Source of the DNA: Eledone cirrhosa
Taxonomy: Eukaryota
Length of the DNA: 64,000 bases
Direction of reading: 5' to 3'
Assembly: GCA_964016885.1 (NCBI GenBank)
Contig: CAXHJY010000626.1
Coordinates: 1-64,000 of the forward strand
Every line of letters starts with the position of its first letter. Position 1 is the stretch's first letter. Made by a program: the position numbers and the translations under genes. Under the pieces are notes generated by a model, which saw only the letters and a program-made list of their open reading frames with translations, was not told the DNA's origin and searched no databases. This document shows positions 36,630 through 50,965 of this stretch, piece after piece.

Positions 36630-36722
36630 GTATGTATATATATATGTATGTATATATATATATATGTATGTATATATATATGTATGTATATATATATATA
36701 TGTATGTATATATATATGTATG

Positions 36723-36753
<31 letters not shown>

Positions 36754-36768
36754 GTATGTATATATATA
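35521..36768. repeat. Compound (TA)n/(TATG)n microsatellite
   Basis: Direct observation. Confidence 0.99.
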
Positions 36769-38247
36769 TAACTTTGAATAACTTTGAAATGTTTTGGCCA
36801 GTATTGGCCCAGGCCATGTCTAACTTAATAGCACCACCTGGCGAAGTCTTTCAATTCAGGATTTGGGCACCATGGCCCATTCGAGAAGAGAATTACTGTT
36901 TGCGGAGACATATCCGGGTGTGGGTGGTTTGTCCGGGATTACTTGGAGGAATTTGTCCAAAGACTTCTTGAATTTTGTGTGGTCAGTTTCTGTTTTGACG
37001 TGTCCTGGTGTGATGTTGAAGAGAGCAGGGCCGATTGAGGTGAAATAATTGTGCCGTATTGTTGTTATGAGTTGCGATTTAGATTTTTGAATGGGACGGA
37101 TAGCACGGGGCCCAAGCCTTGGGTGTATCTTGAAGGCGATGCCAACATCATTTGGGCAGTGATGATGGAACATTTTCCACATCATGCAGATAATATAACG
37201 CTCACGGCGACGTTGGAGTGAGTAAAGTTTCAGGTTTTCCAATCGACCCCAGTAATCAAGGTCTGACATGCCATCTATCTTTTTCGTGATTGCCCTTTGA
37301 GGAGCTTCAAGTTTCATGATACTTTGTTTCGTGTGGGGAGACCACAGTGGACAACAGTATTCAAGGTGTGGTCGGGCGAAAGTAGAGAAGAGAAGGATAA
37401 TGGTGCGGGAATCTCTCGACTGGAAGGTTCTGAGGATCCAGGAACACATTCTGCGGGCCATGTCAACTTTGCTGCTTATATGCGTGGTCCAGCTTATGTT
37501 GCTGTCCACGGTTACTCCCAAGTCTCTGATGTTGTTAGATGCCACGAGAGTTTCCCCGGAGGGAAGGGAGTACGGGAGTTTCAGAGCATCCTCTTTTCCA
37601 AAGTGGATCAGTTCGAATTTGTCTTCGTTCAGTAACATGTTGTTCTTTTCTGCCCATTGGGTAACAGCCAGTAGGTCTGACTGAAGGCTTATCCGGTCAT
37701 CCACGCCATTGATGACCTTTTGGAGCTTGGAATCATCAGCGAAAATTTTAATGTTGCTGTGTTTGATGATGTCAGTGATGTCATTAATATAGATGATGAA
37801 GAGAAGTGGGCCCAACACAGTGCCTTGTGGGACTCCACTACTGACTTTGGCTGGGCTTGATTTGACTCCCTCAACTACAACATGTTGGGTTCTGTTTGAC
37901 AGGAAGCTCTTGATCCACTGCAGCAGCTTTCCAGTGACACCAATATTGGACAGCTTTCTCAGTAGAATGTTATGATCAACCCTGTCAAAGGCCTTGCTGA
38001 AATCAAGGTAGATAACATCAGTGTTGGAACCCTCTCCCAAGGCTCTCAAAATGTCATCAAAGTGATGCAGTAGTTGCGTCAGGCAATCCCTTCCATTACG
38101 GAATCCATGCTGGTTGGAGTTCAGCATATTGTTACTCTCAAGGAAGTGGGTCATTCGCGATCTCACCACTCGCTCAAATACCTTAATGATATGAGAGGTG
38201 AGTGAGATTGGACGGTAATTCACGGCAAGGGATTTGTTTCCCTTTTT
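36769..38247 (-). mobile_element. 5'-truncated CR1-group LINE, same family as 32406-34966, opposite orientation
   Basis: Reverse complement of about 33492-34966 with scattered substitutions; same tail. Confidence 0.95.
36856..38223 (-). CDS. Uninterrupted (5'-truncated) LINE reverse transcriptase ORF, 455 aa
   Basis: [46 protein letters not shown]. No native start codon. Confidence 0.85.
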   Translation of the reverse strand: MNYRPISLTSHIIKVFERVVRSRMTHFLESNNMLNSNQHGFRNGRDCLTQLLHHFDDILRALGEGSNTDVIYLDFSKAFDRVDHNILLRKLSNIGVTGKLLQWIKSFLSNRTQHVVVEGVKSSPAKVSSGVPQGTVLGPLLFIIYINDITDIIKHSNIKIFADDSKLQKVINGVDDRISLQSDLLAVTQWAEKNNMLLNEDKFELIHFGKEDALKLPYSLPSGETLVASNNIRDLGVTVDSNISWTTHISSKVDMARRMCSWILRTFQSRDSRTIILLFSTFARPHLEYCCPLWSPHTKQSIMKLEAPQRAITKKIDGMSDLDYWGRLENLKLYSLQRRRERYIICMMWKMFHHHCPNDVGIAFKIHPRLGPRAIRPIQKSKSQLITTIRHNYFTSIGPALFNITPGHVKTETDHTKFKKSLDKFLQVIPDKPPTPGYVSANSNSLLEWAMVPKS

Positions 38248-38255
38248 TATATATG

Positions 38256-38286
<31 letters not shown>

Positions 38287-38333
38287 GTATGTATATATAT
38301 GTATATATATATATATGTATATATATATGTATG

Positions 38334-38364
<31 letters not shown>

Positions 38365-38381
38365 GTATATATATATGTATG

Positions 38382-38457
<76 letters not shown>

Positions 38458-38508
38458 TGTGTATATATATATGTGTATATATATATGTGTATATATATAT
38501 GTATGTAT

Positions 38509-38548
<40 letters not shown>

Positions 38549-38567
38549 GTATATGTATATATATATT

Positions 38568-38604
<37 letters not shown>

Positions 38605-38662
38605 GTATATGTATATATATATTTATATATATGTATGTATATATATATGTATGTATATATAT

Positions 38663-39020
38663 ATCCATGTAGGAGAACCCCTACCGGTGCGCTGAACGAG
38701 TGTGACTTTTTAGTCCAGCGACTTGAAAACTCTGGTACAAACACTACACCTGTGACAACTATTGACACATAGTGCTGGGCCCATGGCACCATGTGACGAC
38801 AAGTGCAGAGAGATCTCCAGATATAAAGCAATGCCTTTATCTGTGAAGCCTTTATAGTGAGCAAAGGCACTGCACAAAGCCAGTCCCACTCTCTTAACCA
38901 AGATGATATTTACCAAAAAGAAGAACAAGTCAACATCATTGGATACCATCAGGGTTGCAGGTGTTACATCAGAGTTTTCCTTCTCCTAGAACTCTGCCTT
39001 GACAAAGGATAAGGGGTCAT
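38663..39020 (-). mobile_element. Inverted partial copy of the non-autonomous RTE-derived element
   Basis: Reverse complement of 39500-39860 with some substitutions and a 4-bp deletion. Confidence 0.9.
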
Positions 39021-39288
39021 ATGTTGATTTAAAACTGCACTATCCACAAGTGCTTTTTAGCCTTCATATCATGTCCTCCTGTTTTATCTGATGAAAACAC
39101 AAATATTATTGCATGAGTGGTGGCCGTACTCGAAAACGAGTTGGCAGCCACCATATATGTATGTATGTGTATGTATGTATGTATATATGTTTATATGTAT
39201 GTATGTATATATATGTATGTATGTATATGTATGTATATATATGTGTGTATGTATGTGTGTGTATATATGTATATGTATATATATATAT

Positions 39289-39860
39289 GTTATGCCAGGT
39301 CACCAGTTGGTGCTACTGGTAACATGTATCCCAGTACAACCTGTCTCATGGTCGGGTCGTTGGCGACTAAACTGGCAACCCCACCAAGGTTTCTTGGTGA
39401 GGAGGGTGACTTTGGACATCCTGCAGGACTAAAAACAAAACCTGTCAAAGGGCAAAGGAGCTCTTAAGAGTCAATGGCCATCCAAAATCACCGGGAGAGA
39501 TGACCCCTTAGCCTTTGTCAAGGCAGAATTCTAGGAGAAGGAAAACTCTGATGTAACACCTGCAACCCTGATGGTATCCAATGATGTTGACTTGTTCTTC
39601 TTTTTGGTAAATATCATCTTGGTTAAGAGAGTGGGACTGGCTTTTTGCAGTGCCGTTGCTCACTATAAAAGCTTCACAGCACAGGCATTGCTTTATATCT
39701 GGAGATCTCTCTGCACTTGTCATCACATGGTACCATGGGCCCAGCACTATGTGTCAATAATTGTCACAAGTGTAGTGTTTGTACCAGAGTTTCCAAGTCG
39801 CTGGCTGGACTAAAAAGTCACACTCGTTCAGCACACCGGTAGGGGTTCTCCTACATGGAT
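39289..39860 (+). mobile_element. Non-autonomous RTE-derived element lacking its last ~40 nt
   Basis: Highly similar to 42170-42740. Separate 3'-end fragments lie at 39116-39152 and 40003-40132. Confidence 0.85.
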
Positions 39861-39875
39861 ATATATATACATACA

Positions 39876-39969
<94 letters not shown>

Positions 39970-40133
39970 AATATATATATACATATACATATATATACAT
40001 ACAGGTGTAGCGTTCGTACTAGAGGTTTCAAGTCGCTGGCTGGACTAGAAATTCACACTCGTTCAGCGCATCGGTAGGGGTTCTCCTACATATAAAGTAG
40101 TGGCCGTACTCGAAAACGAGTTGGCAGCCACCA

Positions 40134-42163
<2,030 letters not shown>

Positions 42164-42781
42164 CTTCGATTGTGTCAGGTCACCAGCTGGTGCTACTGGT
42201 AACATGTCTCCCAGTACAACCTGTCCCATGGTCGGGTCGTTGGCGACTAAACTGGCAACCCCACTAAGGTTTGTTGGTGAGGAGGGTGACTTTGGACATC
42301 CTGCAGGACTAAAACCAAAACCTGTCAAAGGGCAAAGGAGCTCTTAAGAGTCAATGGCCATTCAAAATCACCGGGAGAGATGACCCCTTAGCCTTTGTCA
42401 AGGCAGAATTCTAGGAGAAGGAAAACTCTGATATAACACCTGCAACCCTGATGGTATCCAATGATGTTGACTTGTTCTTCTTTTTGGTAAATATCATCTT
42501 GGTTAAGAGAGTGGGTCTGGCTTTGTGCAGTGCCTTTGCTTACTATAAAAGCTTCACGGCACAGGCATTGCTTTATATCTGGAGATCTCTCTGCACTTGT
42601 CGTGACATGGTACCATGGGCCCAGCACTATGTGTCAATAATTGTCACAAGTGTAGTGTTTGTACCAGAGTTTTCAAGTCGCTGGCTGGACTAAAAAGCCA
42701 CACTTTTTCAGCGCATTGGTAGGGGTTCTCCTATATGGATATAAATTAGTGGCCGTACTTGAAAACGAGTTGGCAGCCACC
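42164..42781 (+). mobile_element. Apparently full-length (~620 bp) non-autonomous RTE-derived retroelement
   Basis: 5' part resembles RTE 5' UTRs (ggcgactaaactggcaacccc). 3' part has a C2H2 remnant and an RTE-like terminus gaaaacgagttggcagccacc. No RT; no clear pol III boxes. Confidence 0.7.
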
Positions 42782-42812
42782 ATATGTATATGTATGTATG
42801 TATATGTATATG

Positions 42813-42846
<34 letters not shown>

Positions 42847-43319
42847 TATATACGTATATAAATATATATATATATACGTATATATATATATCTATATATG
42901 TATGTATATATATGTATATGCATGTATATATGTATATGTATGTATATATTAATTTTCAAAATGTTTAATTTATACAGTATCTTCCAACGGTTTTCAACCC
43001 CTCTATGTAAAAAATATATCTCCTCTCAGTTATAAAAACTATCTCTTTCTCTCTATCACCCATCTCTCCCTCTCACCTCCTTCCCTTTTCATCCCCCCCC
43101 CCTCTCTAAATAAAATATTTTTCCCAATATCACACATCAATCTAAAACCACTTTTCATATGTTGATTTAAAACTGCACTATCAACAAGTGTTTTTTAGCC
43201 TTCATATCATGTTCTCCTGTTTTATCTGATGAAAACACAAATATTATTGCTTGATGATGTTTGTTTTTGAAATGCACATAATAAAATATATGGAACTCCT
43301 TTAACCATCTTTTGATCTT

Positions 43320-43531
43320 ATATTATATATATATATGTATATGTATGTATATATATATATATTTGTATATGTATGTATATATATATATATTTGTATATGT
43401 ATGTATATATATATATTTATATATGTATATGTATGTATATTTATGTATATATGTATATGTATATGTATGTATATATATGTATGTATATGTATATATATAT
43501 ATATATTTATATATGTATATGTATGTATATT

Positions 43532-43563
<32 letters not shown>

Positions 43564-43623
43564 TGTATATATATGTATGTATATGTATATGTATGTATAT
43601 ATATGTATGTATATGTATATATG

Positions 43624-43712
<89 letters not shown>

Positions 43713-43871
43713 GTATATATGTATATGTATGTATGTATATATGTATATGTATGTATATATATGTATATGTATGTATATATATGTATATATGTATATATAT
43801 GTATATATGTATATATATGTATATATGTATATGTATGTATGTATATATGTATATGTATGTATGTATATATG

Positions 43872-43914
<43 letters not shown>

Positions 43915-44020
43915 TTATGTATATATATATGTATGTATATATATGTATATTTATGTATATATATATGTATGTATATATATGTATACATATGTATATGTAT
44001 GTATGTATATATATGTATAA
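43320..44020. repeat. Compound (TA)n/(TATG)n microsatellite
   Basis: Direct observation. Confidence 0.98.
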
Positions 44021-44351
44021 AACACTCACTACATAAAGGAATGTCACTCTTTGACATATTTATAGAACCTATTGAAACCTCTTTTCGATTCTAAAGTTAT
44101 TTACTACGTCGCAAAGTTTGATATTTCTAACTTTTATATATATTACCCTCAACCCCGTTAACATAAAAGGATGCATAAATAAAATAATATAGGACTAAAG
44201 TACCTTAGCCATTTACCAAACTATTAGATATTATTCATATAAAAAATATATACATATTAACGCCTTTGTTACTATATTTCAAATGAAATTCACAGCCTGT
44301 AATTTTGTGTCAATTTTGAAAAAAATGAATGTGGTAGGATTTAATCATAAA

Positions 44352-44545
44352 CGAGGGTCGGCTAAAAGGTTTATAGGCTGACCAAGATACTCTCATGGAA
44401 TGCCCAAATGAGGTTTATTTTTCAACATAATCCCTGGAATGAAACGATGTATTTAATAAGAGGAGTTGAAATTAATGCATGCAAGATTTCGCAGCCCTAG
44501 TATCACTTCTTCATAGTCAGCGTATGATCTGTTCAGGCCATTCAA
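44352..44545. mobile_element. Possible decayed mariner-type MITE
   Basis: Starts cgagggtcggctaaaaggtttataggctgac (mariner-like TIR). A degenerate complement gtcagcgtatgatctgttcagg lies at about 44516-44538. Confidence 0.4.
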
Positions 44546-44630
44546 GAAACTGTGTTATTTTTAGCTGATGTTTTGCATATAACGTAAGAAATGTGCTTAC
44601 GTTATATTTTGATGGAAGGTTTATATTTGA

Positions 44631-45051
44631 ACTATCAGATGTACCCGGCGTTGCTCTAGAAATGAATGACATCCTGAATTATTCAAGGTTGTTTATGGCT
44701 TAGCTAGCAATTTCTGAGTGCATGCCAGCTTATGTCAGCTAATTGGCTAGCCGATAAGAGGCCGCCTCAATAGCACGTGCCAAATCGGCCTAGTACTTCA
44801 AAAGTTAAAAGGAGCCTAGTATTTGTACGCAGACATATACACACATAAAATCTATTTTTTGGCCCCAATATCGATTTATTTTCAAATTTCTTTTTTGTCC
44901 AAAACCTTCTCTAGCATATAAGCAATAAGTGTGCCAAATTTGGTTGAAATCGGCCTAGTACTTCAAAAGTTAAAAGGAGCCTAGTATTTGTACACAGACA
45001 CACACACACACACACACACAGACCGACTTGCTTGTATATATATATATAGAT
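44631..45051 (+). mobile_element. Possible Helentron-associated (HINE/DINE-1-like) element
   Basis: 5' acta...gtacccggcgttgc. Internal direct repeat aaatcggcctagtacttcaaaagttaaaaggagcctagtatttgtac (about 44783 and 44947). (CA)n then ...tatatatagat end. Confidence 0.45.
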
Positions 45052-45406
45052 ATGAACACTTTAAGATAAACGACGTTGTATCTTAGAAACATTGTTGTTG
45101 CAGGCAGTTTGGTATCTAATGGGTTAACCACAATCTTTTCGGTGAATGATACCAAATTGCCTAAGCTGATCCTGGTCATACCATATACGTAAAACTGTGA
45201 TAAACTGTTTTTATTCACATAGAAACCTTCTATCATGTCTTTATGTCAGAAACTTTGGTAGGTTAAGTATCCGATTAATAATTTAAAAGTTATATTGCTA
45301 AATGTTCCAAAATTCCTGAATATATATATATATATATTTCTTTAGAAATACGAGATTCCAATACATATCTGTATACAACTATGCTTAAGCTAAATTCTAA
45401 TTCTAT

Positions 45407-45582
<176 letters not shown>

Positions 45583-46155
45583 TGTGTCTATCACCGTATA
45601 TATAGGAAGTAAATTCTATACCTAGTCCATGAAGTTGTCTAAGTGTGTTTGGTCGCATTGTGTGTGTGTGTGTGTGTGATTTGTCAGTGTATGAATCAAC
45701 GATAAAAGACAATTAGTAACATATAAATATCGTTAAAGTGACATTCATTTTCCTGGCTAGACATAATATAACGCCGTTATGGGAAATTGCGCTTCATATG
45801 GCATTAAATTCGAGCGAGAAATCAAATTGCATTTGTACAAATTGAAACTACTATCGTGACCAAAACCCATTCTCCATGTTTATAGCCAATTCATTACTCA
45901 GTCATCCACAATCTATATATCTAATCATATTCAGGGCCTTCTCACTCATGTTAGAGGAGCCCTCGCTAATGTAACTCCACCGCTTTTGATTTAGGTCATG
46001 TCTTCAGGAGTGTTGCCGTACTCCGCTCGTTCGGCCAGTTGGGGTTTCATGAAGCTGTTTTACCCATATCTGGCGTGGATGGCCGATGAGTCTTAGGAGT
46101 TCATCTGTGCTTCTGTAGATATTCGAAACGATGCATACATACATATTTACATACA

Positions 46156-46250
46156 TAGTGGCCGCAAAAATGTATACACACTTTGATTACCTGTACAGGC
46201 AATATTTATTAGAATGCCATTGACGTGTGTATACATTCTTTGGGACACAC
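46156..46250. mobile_element. Second copy of the ~100 bp Tc1-type MITE (inverted relative to 15310)
   Basis: Shares aaaatgtataca and ttacctgtacaggcaata. Confidence 0.6.
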
Positions 46251-46260
46251 ACATATATAT

Positions 46261-48159
46261 CTAAGGCGGGTAAAATTCCCGAGATCCATGGACGAGTTCT
46301 CTCCAGCGGTCTCTGTCCCTCATTATCGCTGCCATATCCTGCATCTCCAACAGACCAGTGTCTGTCCTTAGGGCATCAACATATGTTAACCTTGGTCTTC
46401 CTCTTCTAGTGTGTCCATGTAGGGGCTCCCAAAGGAGCACTGAGTGCAATGTCAACTCTGGATGTCGGTGAGCATGTCCAGCCAACCTCAGTCTCCTCTG
46501 TGTCACTTTTGAGCTGACTTTTGGGATGCTCCCATACAGCTCTGAGTTTTTCATCCTCTGTGTATACTGATTAATGTTCAGAGCCATCCTCAGCATTCTC
46601 GTGTAGCACCCATCCACCATCTGAGTGAGTCTCTTGGTCAGTGTCCAAGTCTCAGACCCATACAGCAGCACAGACTCCACTACAGCAATGAAGAGGCGGA
46701 TTTTCAGGTCTCTACGAAGGTCCGACTTCCACACCGATCTCAAGCTGTGACACGCCGCCCAGGCCTTGCTCTTCCTCTCAACCACATCATCTTCCGTATT
46801 CCCAATCTTTGCTCCCAAATACAGGAAGTCGTCAACCAATTCCAGCGGCTTCCCGCCTACATTAGTGATCCCCTCTGGCTTCTCAACATTCTCTACCAGA
46901 TATTTTGTTTTAGTCTCATTTATTCTCAGCCCCACACTCATCGACACAGTCTCAACCTCCCGCATCAAATCCTCTGCCTCCTTCACTGTATTTGTCACCA
47001 AAACTATGTCGTCGGCAAATTCAGCATCCGATACCTTTTTCGCCCCAACTCTCCTGCTCTGAGCCGGTGCTACAGTAAAGCCAGTGTCCTGGTGTTTCTC
47101 CAGTGCAAGGCGCATACAATAGTCCACTACGATGATAAAAAGGTAGGGAGCCAATGTATCTCCCTGGAGCACTCCAGCCAGTATCTCAAAGAACTCTGTC
47201 ATCCCATCAGGTGTAATGACTTGGGCTTTGGTGTTGGTGTAGAGCAGTGATATCAGGTCCACTATCCTCTTGGGGATTCCATAAGCCTGTAAGATCTTCA
47301 TCAGGCAGTAACGGTCCACAGAATCAAAGGCTTTCCTAAAGTCAATGAAAACCATGACCGCAGGAAGGCACTTTGCTCTAGCTCCCTCTAATATCCTCCT
47401 CAGCATCAGGATGTGACTGGTGGTTGATCTACCCTCTCTGAAGCCGTTCTGGTTGTCCCTGAGCTTCTTCTCCATCTCAGACTGGATCCTGTTAAGAATC
47501 ATCCTGTTGAGGGTCTTTGCCACAAGTGACGTCAGTGAGATCCCCCGGTAGTTGTTGGTGTTAGAGAGATCTCCCTTCTTTGGCACTGGGACGATGTTAC
47601 TGATCCTCCACTGATTCGGGGCAACTCCTTTCTCCAGTGCCCCGTTACAGAACCCCAGGATGATATCATCAAAATCACACCTCTTCATCACCTCTGATTC
47701 CACTCCATCTTCTCCATGAGCCTTGCCCTCCTTGATCTTCTTCTTAGCTCTCTGAAGCTCCTCTCTGGTGAAGGGCTCTGTCTCAACATCCAGTTCCTCA
47801 AACAGCCGCCTGATCTCCCCAGTGCTCTGGGCTGTGGAGGGTGGCTCTCCTAGTAGGGTCCTAAAATGATCTAGCCATTTCCTCTTCCTATCCTCGGGCC
47901 CCGTTCCCTGGATCTGACTCGAACACCTTTTCTTCCTCCCTGTGATCTCGTTGATGATCATCCAGCTCTCCTTACATCCAGATCTGTCAACCGCTCTCTC
48001 CACACTTCTGATCTTATCTATCAGTGCCTCCTCTCTGACCTCAGTGTAAGCGGTACAGAGCTCTTCCCTCATCACCTCCACAGTCTCCATCCTCTCCTCC
48101 GTAGGATCAGCATAGAATTGGTCCCTGGCAGCTTTCAGGTGTTCTCTGGCTGCACACAC
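46261..48159 (-). CDS. RTE LINE reverse transcriptase (C-terminal 632 aa of the polyprotein), uninterrupted
   Basis: NYRGISLTS, QNGFREGRST, FIDFRKAFDSV, GVLQGDTLAP, EFADD, FLYLG, LLYGSETW, RRGRPRLTY. Confidence 0.92.
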   Translation of the reverse strand: MCAAREHLKAARDQFYADPTEERMETVEVMREELCTAYTEVREEALIDKIRSVERAVDRSGCKESWMIINEITGRKKRCSSQIQGTGPEDRKRKWLDHFRTLLGEPPSTAQSTGEIRRLFEELDVETEPFTREELQRAKKKIKEGKAHGEDGVESEVMKRCDFDDIILGFCNGALEKGVAPNQWRISNIVPVPKKGDLSNTNNYRGISLTSLVAKTLNRMILNRIQSEMEKKLRDNQNGFREGRSTTSHILMLRRILEGARAKCLPAVMVFIDFRKAFDSVDRYCLMKILQAYGIPKRIVDLISLLYTNTKAQVITPDGMTEFFEILAGVLQGDTLAPYLFIIVVDYCMRLALEKHQDTGFTVAPAQSRRVGAKKVSDAEFADDIVLVTNTVKEAEDLMREVETVSMSVGLRINETKTKYLVENVEKPEGITNVGGKPLELVDDFLYLGAKIGNTEDDVVERKSKAWAACHSLRSVWKSDLRRDLKIRLFIAVVESVLLYGSETWTLTKRLTQMVDGCYTRMLRMALNINQYTQRMKNSELYGSIPKVSSKVTQRRLRLAGHAHRHPELTLHSVLLWEPLHGHTRRGRPRLTYVDALRTDTGLLEMQDMAAIMRDRDRWRELVHGSREFYPP

Positions 48160-49567
48160 TTTGTCCTGGGTATGACATCAAACTACATCCAGTGGCAAGG
48201 CTCCAGTTCGGGAGTTCAGGAGATGTGGGGAATGTGGAGTTACCCCTTAGTTGTCATGACTCCCAGGTCTGCCCTGGCCCGGGGTGGTAGTACCTGTTAG
48301 GGCTCCATTTATGGGTTAAATAACTACCTTATTCGAGTGGCGCCGGTAAGGTATTGTCAGCCATTGAAAAGAAATATGGAGAGTCGATCTAACAGCACTA
48401 TGGTTAGAGCCCCTAATTACGCTGTCAAGGAGCAGCCTGGTCGTTATGACTCTGCTGGCTTAGAGCCACAGAGAGGGCCAGTGGATGATGGATCAGCTGT
48501 CTCTGAGACAAATATAAAGAATGCAGTTTTGTCCTGCAGAAGAGCCATCAAAATGGGCACTTTGAATGTGAGGACTATTCGAACGCTGGAGAAGAGAGAG
48601 GAGTTGGGACATCTGTTCGAGGAGAGTGGTATACAGATACTTGCGATCCAAGAACACAGGATTCTACACGATGAGCCCGTGAGGAGTGTGATGATCGGGA
48701 GGAAGAGCCAGCTCATCACTACATCGGCAGTGAAGAACACAACAAATGCTGCAGTGGGAGGAGTGGGTTTTGTGTTCAGTGCAAAAACCAATCTGTTGGT
48801 GAGGGAAATAATGCCTATCTCCCCGCGAGTGTTGAGGGTGACCTTCAATGGAAACCCAAGACTGACAGTCATCTCAGCCTATAGTCCAACCGAGAGGGAC
48901 AGTGATGTGAATGCCGAGGAGTTCCATGAGGAGGTGTGTAGAGCTGTCAACACCACTCAGGCACACAATATCCTGCTTGTTTTGGGGGACTTCAATGCAC
49001 ATCTGAGTAAGGAGGGCAGTGAAGATCCTTGCTGGTACTTCCATAACAACACCAACCGAAATGGAAGACTACTGAGAGACACCCTGCTGGAGGCGAACTT
49101 GATGGCGACCAACCTAGGGTTTAGGAAGAATCTGGGGAAGATGTGGACCTACATCTCAGATGTGCACCTGTCCAAGTCCCAGATTGATTTCATTCTGGTG
49201 AGGAAAAAGTGGCGGAATAGTGTTCTGAACACGGAACCATACAGCTATTTCAGTACACTGGGTAGTGACCACCGGCTTGTTATGAGTGAGGTCCGCGTGA
49301 GCTTAAGAAAGAGCAAGGCTCAGCCCCGGAGAACAATCTATGACTGGGGAGCTTTCAAGGAAGATGATAAGCTACAGGAGAGGTTCACAGTGGAAGTGAG
49401 AAACAGGTTTAGTGCTCTGTGTGGAGAGTCAGAGGAGAGAGAGATTGGATGGACTGAGGAGAGTGTGACGAGGAGGTACGGGCACTTCACCAATGCAGTG
49501 GCGGAAGCAAGTGAAACCCTGGTGCCGAGGAAAAAGAACAAAGGGAAGCACGTCAGCTCTGCAAACA
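46261..49567. mobile_element. Essentially full-length RTE-clade LINE with inverted 5' half
   Basis: RT and 3' half on minus (46261-48162); 5' UTR plus APE endonuclease on plus (48163-49567); (TA)n at both outer ends. Confidence 0.93.
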
Positions 49568-49590
49568 TATATATATATATATATGTATAA
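48337..49590 (+). CDS. RTE LINE apurinic-like (APE) endonuclease, N-terminal part of the polyprotein (first ATG at 48376; last residues run into (TA)n)
   Basis: GTLNVRT, ILAIQEHR, SAYSP, LGDFNAH, QIDFIL, SDHRLV. Confidence 0.92.
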   Translation: MAPVRYCQPLKRNMESRSNSTMVRAPNYAVKEQPGRYDSAGLEPQRGPVDDGSAVSETNIKNAVLSCRRAIKMGTLNVRTIRTLEKREELGHLFEESGIQILAIQEHRILHDEPVRSVMIGRKSQLITTSAVKNTTNAAVGGVGFVFSAKTNLLVREIMPISPRVLRVTFNGNPRLTVISAYSPTERDSDVNAEEFHEEVCRAVNTTQAHNILLVLGDFNAHLSKEGSEDPCWYFHNNTNRNGRLLRDTLLEANLMATNLGFRKNLGKMWTYISDVHLSKSQIDFILVRKKWRNSVLNTEPYSYFSTLGSDHRLVMSEVRVSLRKSKAQPRRTIYDWGAFKEDDKLQERFTVEVRNRFSALCGESEEREIGWTEESVTRRYGHFTNAVAEASETLVPRKKNKGKHVSSANIYIYIYV

Positions 49591-50965
49591 AAAGAAACAG
49601 AAAGATTATATTCACATACAGAAGTACGAATCACATATAATCACAAAAAATTATTTCTTTCTCTCTCTTTTTCTCTAAAAAAAACCCCCCACACACACAC
49701 GTGTAGACAGACACATATATTGATAATGTTTATATAGGGAAAAAACCTATTGCAAATTATATTTATATTGTATCTCATTAACCTATACATCAATATATCA
49801 ATGTATAGCAGCTAGCCATGCACGAAGATGCTGAAAATCCTGTCATATGCTTAAATCTGTGAGCTGGAATAAACTTGATGTACTTTATATAGTCTCAGGT
49901 GATAGTAATATCTGTTTCTTGTGAACTGTAACTGCTCATCGAGCCGATCTTCGTAGTTTAATGTGGCATTAAGTCAAACGAAAGCTACGTCTCTACGTCT
50001 CACTAAATCAATCAATCTCTGTTTATTTATCTCACGAATTTCGGATGCTTTAGGTTCAGATGTTTTAGGTTCAGATGTTTTACACACACACGCGTGTGTA
50101 TGTTTTTTAAACGTATCTCTCTATGAATGATTTTAATGTAAAGGTGAGACGTCTGTGTGGTTACTACATTCTCGTGTAATCTGGTCAATTCTCACCTATA
50201 TTTATTGTACGCATATAAACACACACGCACGCACGCACGCACGCACGCACGCGCGCATGCATGAATATCTCTCTCTAAATAAATTTATATATATTTGTGT
50301 GGGTTTATACACACACACCTATATAAGTGAGAGGTTGAAGATTGTTGACGGAGCCAATTTATTCAATGTGTATTCATCAGATCACGTATGGAAATTATCG
50401 GTGGTTGATGGACATCCTATTCAAATGCATATTGAACTCCCATCTTCTGTGGGTATTAACATTTAAAGAACCCTTGAAGCTCAGAAGGTATTTCTCTTAG
50501 GACGCTATGGTGTGATTATTGAAGCGGTCACCCTTATAGTATAGCTTTGGTAGTTAATTCTCCTATACAGTTGGTTCTGGTTGAGCTGGATGTGCCATAT
50601 GAAAGCAGAATGTAGGAAGCCGAGTACTAAAATATAGATAAATATCTCAGACTCCCTAACAGCTTAAGGGAAGCAGGCTCTCAGATCAATGACAGAAATG
50701 ACGTGCACCTAGAAGTTATGTAGTACGATGCTACCGAGTCCGCTTGAAAATCTAAGGGTTTAAAGGCCAACACTCTGGACAGCAGGTCTTGAGAAAAGTC
50801 CCCTTCTTACAAATCTTGCATTAAAGCAACTTCTCTGATGATTTACTGTCAAGCGTTGCTTAGAGTTTCGAACAATTACAATAACATATATCAATTATAT
50901 TTTTAAACAATATCTTCAAATTTACTGGAATACTTTTCCTAAAAAGAATACGTCAGATGTTTCTT

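Noticed and set aside
50340-50810. Possible ancient LINE fragment or exon
   Set aside because: Only vague minus-strand similarity to RT-thumb regions; I cannot support a call by eye.
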